From assembly GCA_001643675.2 (NCBI GenBank), contig LSRY02000033.1:744001-808000 (forward strand): a stretch of 64,000 bases of DNA, given 5' to 3'. The position numbers and the translations under genes are program-made. This DNA is from Monocercomonoides exilis PA203 (taxonomy: Eukaryota > Protista > Preaxostyla). A model generated the notes under the pieces. That model did no database searches, was not told where the DNA came from, and saw nothing but the letters and a program-made list of their open reading frames with translations. This document shows positions 23,601 to 35,364 of this stretch, in pieces (the stretch's first letter is position 1; each line of letters opens with the position of its first letter).

Positions 23601-25741
23601 TGGAAGAAGATTTTGACTCTGCCACAATTGAAGGAGAAGTCCTGTTCTGTCGCAGATTCGACGAGCCACATGCTTCATTGGTTGAAGGACAGTCTGTTGC
23701 ACTTTCTTTGACTTCTGGCAATGAAAATACTGCAACTGAAGATAATCACGATAAGCAAGCATCTTCTTCCTATGCTAATGCTTCTGTTGATGATTTGAAC
23801 TCTTCAACTCACTCCTCTGACAAATTGGATGAAGACAGCAAAATGACAGCAAAGAAAACGAAAGCAAAAGAAACGCAGCTCAAATCAGGATTTGACAAAG
23901 CTCTTCACAAAGAGGAGAAGAATGACGAGTCCAAAAATGCACTGAGCAGCCCAGAAACAGCAAAGAATGCTCAAATAAATGCACCTTATCGTCCTCCCAC
24001 GCCAACATTGCCACAGAACCCGACACAAGAAGACATCGACAAATACATCGAGTCCATTACAAATGCGTCTGCTGCTTCAAAAAATTTAAAGAATTCTTCT
24101 TCATCATCATCATATTCTTCTTCTTCTTCTTTGAATGAAGCAAAGATGAGCCTCCCCTCGATCTCAATGACAGGCGCAGTGGAGCTGTCACTCCTGCGTC
24201 TGTCGCAGCGTCTGCAGCACATGGAAGAGAGGCGCAGGCAGACACGAGAGGCGAATGCATCATTTGGCAATGCGAATAGAGGAGGAGGAGGAGGGGCAGT
24301 GTATGGCAAGAGGAAGATGCCGAAGTATGGCTCGTCGTGGTATCTGCCGCCAGAGCTGTGGGATCATTGGAACCAGTGGAATGAGCTGCAGAGTGCGAGG
24401 GAGCTGGGAGAGAGGAGGCTGAAGGCGATGGAGCTGGGCGATGCAGAAGCAGCGAGAGAAAGAGAGACAAGAAGAGAGGCAATGAAGAGGCAGAAGATGG
24501 CTGAAAAGAATGGAATGGCTTCTTCTTCTTCTTCTTCTTCTTCTTCCTCGTTTTCAGCACGATCTTCATTGGGATTTAATGAAAGACAGAACTTCAAAGG
24601 AGTTGATGATATGACAAAAAGAAGTCTTGTACAGCCGCAGCAGACAACACGAGCATTCTATTCAGCACAGCCAGACCAGCTGAGCGTGTCTGCTCCGTCG
24701 TTGCCAAACAACATTTCATTGCAAAAGCAACAAAGAACAGCACAATCACAGCAAATCCGTCAAACACAGCAGCTCCAGCCATCCACAGCTGCACGCCATT
24801 CCATTCCTCCATTGACTCTTCCGCCAAATCTGCCCTTTCGCCAGACGAAATCTTCACTCGGTTTTTCTTCGACATCGCAATTGAATACAACTCGTGATGA
24901 CGACACTTTCTTCCGCGATGCGATGAATCAGAACAGAAAGCATCCATTTCCTTCTTCTTCTTCTTCTTCTTCTTCTCTTTCTCCTTCTTTTCACAAGGCA
25001 CACATAACAGTCACTCCATCCTCTCGTTTCATTCCGCTGGAGACGCATCAGACAGGCCTAGCCAGTGCCCAGCACAACACCTCTCTTCCACTCCAGCGCT
25101 TCACGTTTCTGCAGCACGAGCAGGCGCCTCGTATTGTCCTCCCGCATCTCATTCGAAGTGGGACGCCGCTGCCGAACGAAGCAAGTGGAGAAGGAGGAAA
25201 GGAGAGGGGAGGGAGCAAGCTGACAGATGAGGGGATTCCAGGAGAGAGGAAGATGCTGATCCACACTGCGTCTGAGACAAGAAGGGCAGACAAAACAGGA
25301 GAAGAGAAGCAGAATGGAGGAGAAGAGGCAGTGGTTGAGCAAGGGAAGGAGAAGGAGAAGGAGGCAGCGCAGAAGAAGACTCCAGAGCAAGAAATGAAGG
25401 AGTTGGAAAGGGAATACAAAAAGATTGAGAAGAAATACGGTGTTTCGAGTGTTAACAAAGAGGAAGATGGAGAAAGAGAAGAAAGCGAAGAAGAGGAGGA
25501 GGAGGAGGAGGAAAAGGAGAAAGAAGAGGCGAAAGAAAATGAGAAAGAAAATAATGAAAACAAAGAAGAGAAAGAAGAAAAAACAGATTCCAAAGTCAAA
25601 GAAAGAGAAATTGATATTAAACATACAAAAGACGAAAATGGAACAAATCCAGGAACTTCAACACCAAAGCATGCAAACACACCATCCAGTCACACTTCAT
25701 CCAATGCACACACATTCACTCCTCATCATTCATCTTCTTCT

Positions 25742-25773
<32 letters not shown>

Positions 25774-27187
25774 CTCCTCTTCTTCTTCTTCTTCTTCTTC
25801 TTCCTCCTCCTCTTCTTCTTCTTCTTCTTCTTCCACTTCTTCTTTATCTCCTCTGCAGAACCCCTCCTCTTCGCTCACTGCCAAGTCTGAGCACATCAGC
25901 CAGCGTGTGCCTGTGCGCTATGTCGACCAGCGCATTGCCTCTCGCCAGAAGCTGTCGTACAAACGGTATGCTGCCCTCACTCGCCTTCTCTCTCTCTTCT
26001 TCGACTCCGCCGAAGTGAAGAGCAAAAGAGACGCCTTCGTCGCAGAGAGCGGTGCTCCTCTCTCGATTGCAGAGTCCCTCTTCCCTGACCCTGTGCCTGT
26101 GGTGAAGAACAAGTGGCTCCTGACGACGCTGCCGCAGCTGTTTGCGCAGCTGAAGAGAGACGGTGTGTGGGACAGGACACAGCTGGAGGCGAGGCAGGTG
26201 ATTGCAGCAGAAGAGGAGATGGCGCAGGGGAGAGGAGGATATGGAGGAGGAGGAGGAGGAAGTGGTGGTTGCGGGCAGGAGAAGTCACTGTGGGGCAATG
26301 CAGAGAGGATGAAGAGGGCTGGGAGCAAAATGGCGCTGCAGAAGACGAATGGGAGGAGGAAGAACAAGAATAAGAGTGGGATGAATGCAGCTAATGATAA
26401 TAAAGAAGAGAACGAGAAAGGAAAAAGAACAAACCAGAAATACAAACAAAAGCCTTCACAAAGCGACTTCCCCTCTGACCATGCAGATGAAGACAAGCAG
26501 AAGCACCTGCAGCTGCTGAAGGAGAGGCGCTCCACATTCTCACAGGCGACGCTGGAGTGGCTGGCACATACCTCACTCGACAGAGGAAGGAGTCTTGGCC
26601 CTCCCACGACACGTTCGGCTGCCTCTGGCTATTCCTCCTCAGCTGCCACCAGCCGCAGCGATGTGGCGAGTGGCTGTGGCTGTGGCTCTTCTGCCTCTCT
26701 GGCTGTCTTCTCTCCCTCTGCCACACGACGTAGCGGAGTCTCATCGGCGTCTCCTTCACCCAGAAGACACAATGTGAGTGAGAAAGAAAGGGCTCTTTCT
26801 CTTTCTCTGGCACCTGATGCCTTCTCTGCTCTGGTGGACTATGTGTCGACAGCTGCACTGGGAGGCATCACAACACTCGAAGCTCATCAACACGCAGATC
26901 ATCCGGCTGCTGTTAGCTCTCGCAGCACTGTTTCTACTACTCTGCCTTCATCTTCTTCTACATCATTGTTGTCTTCTTCTTCTTCCTCTTCTTCTTCTTC
27001 ATTGGGCACTTCATTCTCTGCCCGTCTTCCTTCTGCGTCTGTCTCCTCTTCCTCTCAACGGGACAGCCCGTCTTGGTCTTCTTTTGACACTGCCGTCGTG
27101 TCTGAATACAATTCATCCACGAAGCCTTCTGATTGCTTTGCTATGAAACTGTTTGAAGCTTGGGAGAAGGAAACTGGGAAGCTGTAG
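20621..27187 (+). CDS. Very large low-complexity hypothetical protein (2188 aa; charged coiled coils, poly-S/E/G)
   Basis: Uninterrupted 6.5-kb ATG-TAG ORF, divergent from MED14. No family recognised. Confidence 0.7.
25730..25834 (+). repeat. Coding TCT/TCC trinucleotide tract (about 35 consecutive Ser codons)
   Basis: Directly visible; the longest of many such tracts in the window. Confidence 0.9.
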
Positions 27188-27515
27188 GATGCTCTTCTAT
27201 GTTTTATTTGTTACATACATGTTTGATGCATTTCACGTTATATTATTTATATTTATTATTGCATATGTAGTGTTGTGATAGATTTTCGCAATCTATGTAT
27301 TATTTTTTTGTATCTGGTGCAAAAGTTGATTGAGTAAATTGTGTGGTAGATTATTTTTATTTATAAATGTCTTTATTCTTTTTTGAAAAAGAAGAAATAC
27401 TCATTATTCAATTCGAATTGTTTCAAATAATTGCAATATCTTTCAAGAAAAAAAATATTTTAATGATCTGATACCTTCATAAATTATATCAAAATAAAAA
27501 TCATTGTTTGCTTCA

Positions 27516-29803
27516 ATGGCATTGATTTTAAGGGAGTCTGGGAAAAAAGATGAACAAGGAATGGATGATTTTTCTGATTGCTATCATTTTCATCCTCAAA
27601 CAAAGACGTATTCACTTGTTCTTCGATGGCAACCACTTTCTCAGCTTGAGTTGATGACCCTTTCAGTATGTTTGGGAGGCAAAGAAAAAATAGTTGATAC
27701 TTTAGATATTGGAAATTCTGGAATTGGTTTGATGCATTATCTTGCTCTTTGAAGATTTTAACTTAATTTTTTAGATGCAAAAGCGATGATAGGAATTTCA
27801 AACACTCTTCGCTTAAATCACACTCTTGTAAACCTTGATCTTGGGCACAACAAGCTTGGTGTTGTTGGTGCCAAAAGGCTTGCAGAAAGCTTAAAAGATA
27901 ATACCTCTTTGGAATATCTGAATGTTGAATGGAATAGAATTGGAACAGAAGGATTTGTTTCCATCATAAAGGCTCTTATGGATAATCCTCGTTCTCATTT
28001 ACAAGTTCTGGATGCTCATAGTAATCAAATTGAAGCAGAAGGTGCTTTCGTATGCTTTAAATAATTCTTTTCAAAATTCTTATGATAAAAAATACATATT
28101 TTATCTTTTTAATTTTTTGAAAAAAATAATCGAAATAAACAGATGCTTGCAACCTATTTGAATCGTAACCCTATTATGCGTTCGACTAACGTTCGATTCA
28201 ACTCAATTGGCGATGATGGATGTGCTGCTCTTGTTGAGACACTGTCAATAAACACGCATTTGGAAGATCTTGATCTAACAAAATGTGGTGCTGGCTCAAT
28301 GACAATGAAAGCATTTTTTGAAACATTTGTTCTTATTCATGCTGGAATCGAAGAGGAAGAAGAAGATCAAGCACCAAAATCAATAAACAGTCTAAGAGAA
28401 GGATCCCGTCTTGCTCTGTCATCTTCAACAACTTCTCTAGCTCCTCCTCGTGCTGCTCTGTTGACCCACACAAGATCCGTCTCTTCATTGAATTTGACTG
28501 AAAATCGTTCTTCTATCAAAACCACTTCAGCATCCTCAACGTCATCCACTTCTATCAAAAAACCATCTCGCCCACTCTTCAGATCTTCGTCTTCTCTTTC
28601 TGCATTTCAGTCAACACTCAAACAATCCTCTGCTCTTCACACTTCTCCCTCCTCTCCTTCTTCTGTCTCTCCTTCTCCTTCTCCTTCTCCTTCTCCTTCT
28701 CCTGTTTCAGTCTCTGCCTCATCTTCAATGAATGCCCTTCCCTCAACGGAGCATTCTGTGCTTGAAAGTGACTCCTTTGTCTATCCTCCTCTGCCTCTCC
28801 CTTCGTTCATTCCGCATCTCGTACCGCTCATCCCCCAGCACTGCTTCATCCACCCGCTGCGCTCTCTTCCACTGGAGCTCAACGACATCTCCCCGTTGGA
28901 CTTGTACTACTTCGCATTCGGCCTGATGCTGGCCCTGCGCAACACTCGACTGCAGACACTCTCTTTGAGAGGGAACAGGGGAATGACACAGACAGCCAAG
29001 GGAGTGCGTGTGGATGGGCTGACGCTGCTCTCAAAGATCTGCCTGAGCGAAGGGTGTAGATTGGTTACGGTTGATTGTGGGAAGTGCGATCTGGGTGATG
29101 CTGGTGCACTGGCACTGATAACTGGGCTGGGAGTTGCGAAGACGCTGAGGTTTCTGGTGCTGGATGAGTATGTTGGTGGAGATTGGAGTGATGGAAGAAG
29201 TGAATTTTATGTTTTGATTAATTGTTGAGGAAAGGAATTTTTATTAGGTGTTTATTGAATGGACTTATTATTAGCGTCACTTTTGTATTCCTTCAATTTC
29301 TTGTGACAATTGATCTTTCTGTGTATTTTATAGAAATGGACTGACAAATTTGACAGCAAAGACGCTTCTTGATGAGTTTAAAGACAATCAGATCATCGAG
29401 GAAATCGATCTGCGCTTCAACAAAATCACAGAAGAAGGTTTGTTTTCTTCGATAAAAAATAGAAATTCGTTTTATGCATTGAAAACTTTTATACTTTTCA
29501 AATTGTCATTAAATAATCCATATTTTGTATTTAATGTCATGTTCTCTGTTTCAAATGATAACCATCCTCATTCACAAATGTTCCCCTTTGTGTCTGTTCT
29601 GAATGGCAGGGATGATATCTCTCATTGAGCTGGTCTCCTTCAACACATCTCTGAAGCTGATTGATCTGAGAAGGAATCAGCTGTCTCCACGCTTCAATCC
29701 AACCAAATGGAAGAACGAGCATTGCCCGTCTGCAAGACTGAATGTCATCGTGTGGGAGGAAAAGTATGGATGTGAGTGTGTGAAATTGGAGATTTATTGT
29801 TGA
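27516..29803 (+). CDS. RNI-like (NLRC3-type) leucine-rich repeat protein; join(27516..27726,27775..28049,28143..29167,29334..29437,29610..29803)
   Basis: Repeats of LxxLDLxxNxIGxxGAxxLAxxL (e.g. LVNLDLGHNKLGVVGAKRLAESLKDNTSLEYLNVEWNRIGTEG). Four GT-AG introns join the ORF fragments in frame. Confidence 0.8.
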
Positions 29804-29816
29804 TTGACTAAAAATC

Positions 29817-29852
29817 ATATATATATATTGAGAGAGAGAGAGAGAGAGAGAG
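29817..29852. repeat. (AT)n followed by (GA)n microsatellite in the LRR gene 3' flank
   Basis: Directly visible: atatatatat-tg-agagagagagagagagagagaga. Confidence 0.85.
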
Positions 29853-30040
29853 AATTTTTTATTTTTTTTCTTTCAAAATTTTATCATTGTTTTGTTGTTC
29901 CTTAATGTTGTTTCTAAACTGTGTTTCATTTTATTTTCTTTTCTTTTTTCATTTTGAATTTTTTTGTTTCTATCTTCAATTCTTATTTGAATGACTGTTC
30001 TTATCGATTTATTCTTATTCGAAGAAAAAAAACAAAAGAA

Positions 30041-30896
30041 ATGGAGGAACTCACAAAAAGAGTCACATTTGATCCAACTCCTCAAAAGGCATGTTATTTT
30101 ATTCATTTTTTATCTCTTTTTTTTTATTGAAGTTCAATTTTTTCATTTTTGTTTTGTCATTTTCCATACTCTTCATCCATTTTCAATCATTTTTTTCTTT
30201 TTCCTAATGAATGTTTAGATAAAAATGTCACATGCATTTCTTGATGAGGACACATTTGAAGAGGAAAACGAAAGTGCTGCTGATGGCACCATCACTCCAT
30301 TGGATCCGGAATCTCTCAGAAAAGAGAGAGATTCAATGGCTCAGAGTGAAAACACGAATAGTTCTGTCTCTTCTCCAGCTGAATTAGCCGCTTCATCTTC
30401 ATCTCATCCAATCACTTCTTCAGTTCACAACACTTCAACAGCCACGTCATACACTTCATCTTTATCGTCTTCTTCTTCTTCCTCCTCCTCCTCTCTTTCC
30501 TCTTCTGAGCACAAACACCCTCCTTCTTCATCACCTGTCTCAACAAATAAATCAGCAGACATGTCATCTTCATCTTCTTCCCTTTCCTCATCTGCCATTT
30601 CTCCTTCACTCTCCTCTTTTCCTTATCCATTCAACCTGTCTTCTTTCCTCTATCCTGCCTGCTACCCCTCTTCTCGTTTCGAACAGAGCATAACTTCTCA
30701 TTCATCTGCTTCTTCTTCTTCTTCTTCTTTTTCTTTTTCTCAGACACAGACAAAACCACTGGCTAATCCCTTCTCATTCACTCCAACAGAAATAGAGGAG
30801 TTCAATTTGAGCAAGTCGAATTACACTTACCGCCAAGCAGTGATAAAGCCGAAAATCGCACGAAAACCCATTGGATGGAATTATTCGTTTAAATGA
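30041..30896 (+). CDS. Ser-rich hypothetical protein, probably with an N-terminal KRVTF motif; join(30041..30088,30219..30896)
   Basis: A 16-codon upstream exon (MEELTKRVTFDPTPQK) is followed by GCATGT, a pyrimidine-rich stretch and TTTAG at 30214-30218, joining in phase to the 30225 ORF. The main exon is well supported; exon 1 is inferred. Confidence 0.55.
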
Positions 30897-31135
30897 GTGA
30901 TTCTTTAAGAGTATATGATATTTTTACAAATAACTTTAATTTTTGAGTGCTATCTCAATTGTTTGTGGATATTTTAAATATTTGTTGGGTCGATAATGAT
31001 TAATTTTTCTTTTTTTCAAATTTTTCTTCTGTGGACAATGATATTGTGTTGCAGTTTTTTGTGTTTTGATATTTTTGTGTTTTTTCTAAATCAAAACAAT
31101 AATTTTATTTTCTTTCCCATAAATAACATCTTCAA

Positions 31136-32220
31136 ATGTCATCTCGCCTTCTTTCTCGCAGATTGAATTTTTTGGAATATCAAAAGCCTTTAGATGATAC
31201 TGAAATTAATGATCAAATGTTATTTGAAATTGTTTGATATTTGTTTAAAACTAGCTTGATTTATTTTGATTAAATATTTCAGGTGACTTGGCTTGAAAGA
31301 ACTTATCTGTTTCAATTAGAAAAATCTCCCCTTCCAACGTTTTTTGATAACGTTGCAAGCTGGAAAAAGGAATCGTTAGAAGCATATCTTGATGTTTCTG
31401 GCTTTCAAATGGTAAAAACATTTATTTTGTTTTTTGAAAGAAATGTTTTTCAATGATTTTAAAACTAATATTAAATTTTATACATGTGTTGCAGGATGAG
31501 AAAACAACAAACATATCGATTCTTCTTCACCTTACAAGCTTGGCAATTAATGAAGAATATAAAAAGAACAAAGACAAGTTTGTAGTTTTCTTTTATTCAT
31601 GAAAGCAATTTCGCGTTGCTATTTGTACAAAAATATTTAGATTTAATTCTGTGGTTGAAAAGATTGGACCTTCTGATGAATCAGTTCCTGTTCCAACTCA
31701 CCCTGAACTTATTGATTGTGTAAATCGTCTTGGATCTGTTTTATCCGTTCCACAGTTGCCTCAAAGCGCAACTGAAAATGATATCATTGCTCATCTCGAA
31801 GCGTGCAACGAAAAAATAAAGGCTGTTTACGAATCATCTTCGGAATTATCAGCATCATCTTCATCATCACCATCGGCTGATAAATCGCATATTTCTCCTT
31901 TAGGAGCTTTTGCAAAAGATGTTTCTCCGGCTTCGCAAAAGAGTGCAGCTAAAGCTGTAAGAGAGACAATTCAGTTATTTGAATCTCTCAGATCTGGGGA
32001 TCTTTCGCTTGGAATAAATTTGGCATCTAATTCAGACAAAAAAGGGAAAGGGACTGAGCAAAAGGGAAAGGAATGTGCCGAAGCAGTTGCTGTGTTAAGA
32101 ATGCTTTATTTGAAAGAATTAACAGAGACACAAACTGCAATCAATAATGCTCTCTCTCAATTACAGGAAATGACAGCGAATCCTAAAACAGATATTTCTC
32201 TTGGAAAAGTTGGAAAGTGA
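31136..32220 (+). CDS. RTRAF: RTRAF/C14orf166 (CGI-99), tRNA-ligase complex subunit; join(31136..31231,31283..31411,31495..31577,31641..32220)
   Basis: N-terminal RRLNFLEY...IVTWLE, and C-terminal AVAVLRMLYLKELTETQTAINNALSQLQEMTANPKTDISLGKVGK matching the family terminus (LRLLHIEELRELQTKINEAIVAVQAIIADPKTDHRLGKVGR). Three in-frame introns. Confidence 0.88.
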
Positions 32221-32609
32221 ACGAAAATCAATTTCGATAACGCAAACAGTTTGACGTATTTGATGAAAATTACTCTAAACTCAATTTTTTTAAAAGAATC
32301 ATTTCACTTTGTGAAGAATTTTAATTTTTTTCAGGTTATTTTTTCTTTTAAATAATGTATACCTTATATTTTGTATTAATTTGCAAAAAAAAGTAGATTG
32401 AGTTTGAAAAGCCTGGTTAATTGAATGTTAAAAATCTTCAATTTTTATTATTAGTATGGGTAGAAAATTTATTTTTTTTCTCAATTTTTGAGTTTAGACT
32501 TTGTATAGATAAATACAAAAGCGTTAAAATATATTGTTTCGCATTCTTCAATATATTTAAATTCTAAAACTTTTTTAGAGCGCAAATATCCTGAATTAGA
32601 ACAAAATGA

Positions 32610-35166
32610 ATGATAATGGAAAGTGAAAAGTTAATTGTCAATGAACAAAATGAAAAACCTAGTTATTTGATGCATTCTTCAGGTAAATCTCTTTTAATTA
32701 TAAAAATTATCTTTGAACTCTTTTTTTCACTTTTTATTAAAAAAAGGAAAATCTTTTCGATCGATGTTATCATCCGATTTTGCTTCAAAGATGCTGTCTA
32801 CAGAATCATCTTTTCCATTCATTGGCAGAATTACAAATGATAATTATTCTATATCAAAACCAAATTATTTTCTTGAATGCCAAAAATTGTCTCAACATTA
32901 CCAACATAGAGAATTCCCCAATATACAGCGCAAACTAAGTGCTCAAGACGATTGCTTGCAATGCAATTTAAGTCTATCAAAAAGTGATGTTTATCCTCAA
33001 ACAGAAGTATTTGCGCAGAATCAATATTTTAATGTTGAACTTGATGGATATTCTTTGCATAACGACAAAAAACGAGCTTGTGAACAAAATTATTCTCGAG
33101 ATTTTGACAACCCAAGTTTAAAATGCGACTTAACATTTGATTCGAGTGAAATTCCATCTCAGGCTAGAAGTTCAACTTTTCTTCGAAAATGCGATAAGGC
33201 AACACGCAATGATCTTCAAATCCCAAGTGATGAGCCAAGCACGACCCCTGCAAACAAAACAGCAGAAACTGAAAATATACAAAAGGATATGCTGCAAGAT
33301 GAAACTCATCAAATGGATAATTCACATTTTTCAAATAGTCATTCATCTGCTTTTATAGAGGAATTTGCATCTGCACAATTGCATGATTCTTTGGTTATCT
33401 CTAAAGACAAAGAACATAAAAAAGAGAATCATAAAGGATCCCGCATTGGGATCGTTTCTGATGAGGATGTTGATGGCTTGTCGACAATCTTGTCTGAGAG
33501 TTCTTCATTATCTTCGTCTGAGACAGCATCCTCAGCTGAACTCTCTCAGCTGATCTGTTCTGCCCCACCAACGATGAGCCTGTGGAAGTATGGGACTGAT
33601 GTGGAAATTGATGTTGATGGCACCAAGTTGAGCTGTGTTATTGAGGCGTCTCGAAGAGAGATGGAAGACAGGTGGCTGCAGGAAGACACGGCATTGGAGA
33701 AGAAGCTGCAGGATGAGATGAAAGGAGGGAGAATGCAAAGTGTTGTGTTTCTGAGAGAAGAAAGAGGAAGAGAAGAAAAAGAAGAAGAAGGGAATGAGCC
33801 TAAAGAAAGACAGAGAGAAATGAGCAAAGCGAAGCAAAGGCTTGTGAAACAGCAAATTGCAGAGGCAAAGATTTTTGAAAGGACGTTTGGAGAGTTTGTG
33901 CGGAAAAAGTGGATTGTGGACAAGGAGGAAAAGCAGATGTGGGACAGAGTCGAGATGAAGAGCAGGAATAAGAGAGAAGAAGAAGAAAGAGAAATCAAAG
34001 AAGGAAGAAGTCATCAGCTAACGCTGGAGGAGATGAAGAATTTGGCTATTCACAGCGAAAGTGTATCTGGAAACAAGGAGGTTCTCGAAAAGCTGAAGAA
34101 AAAGATTGAAGAAAAAGAAAGGAAGATTCAAGCAAAACAGAGATTGAATGAGATGAGTGATTTGACACGATATTTCACTGTGTTTTCAAAGGATGTCAAG
34201 AAAATGAAACAAAAAATGATGAAAAATCCAGCAAAAGAAGAAGCAGAGATAGAAGCAGATGCAAGAATGCATTCGAAAGAAAGCATCGCATCAATTCCAG
34301 CATTTCCAGATTTGTCTGTTAATTCATCAGGCAAAAAGCAATTTCCTCAGATCACAATTCATTACTCCACAGCTGCTGGTGTGTCATCCTCAGACTTTAA
34401 TAAGAATCATCGCAGGTTTCTTTTCAGTGAGTCAGCCGTTTCGAATTCGATGGCAGACAGCCATTTGCATTCAGAATTCGATTTTGGTATAAAGAAGCAA
34501 TATTTAAATGACATTGTGCAGTTTCCACAAAAATCTAATGAGAGAAGCATCTTAACAAAAGAGGAAGCAAAGGAACATATTGAAAAGGAAATGAGAGGAT
34601 GTTCATCGATTGTAAAATCAAGTGGCATTATTGCCATTCAAAAAAATGAGCCTGGATTTCTCAATTTTGATCTGAATTTGCTGCATTTTAATCCTTTTCC
34701 AATTTCAAAAAGCCAAGCAATCAGCACAACACCTATTTTTGAGCAATATACAAATGATTCATCTCCGATGTTAGTTGCTTTGAATAAAAAACGATCGGAT
34801 TCGAAATGGGAATATTCACCTTTATCAGCTGATTTGACAGCTTCTGATGATGAATGCACAGAAACCTTAGATTCTGCGCAGTTGGTCACATATCTGTACT
34901 TTGGAATTCATCCCTTGTCAAATAACAAAACCGTGAAACATCAACTTCGTATGAAAAGGCAAAGAAATGATCTTGAGAGTTATCATAAAATTAAAGATGC
35001 AATGATAAAACGAATGCTGCAGCGCACGTCGCCTCAAAGAAAGTGGATGTGGTGCTTTGATGAAGGAACAAGAAACTACAAAAAGGAATGGAAAAATTGG
35101 TTTTACGGGATAATGAATCGAAGAAAAAAGGCGCTGCCTTCAAAAACATATGTCAATAATTTTTAA
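32610..35166 (+). CDS. Hypothetical protein, lineage-specific family member A; possibly join(32610..32682,32747..35166)
   Basis: Long ORF 32713-35166 with an uncertain start (alternative ATG at 32764). Shares a conserved block with the 49391-51661 ORF. Confidence 0.6.
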
Positions 35167-35364
35167 CTGAATGATTTTTATTGTTTTATTTGAAAAAAAA
35201 TCTTGAAAAATAATTGTTCATTTTGATCCAACCCAATTTATTTTTATATTAATTTGAATTTGAATGTTAAAAATGAGCTTGAACAAAGAGCCAGGTACAT
35301 TTTTGCCAAGTTTTTTGAGAACTTGATTGTAATTTTTGCTTTTTCATCAAAATACATTAAGAAA

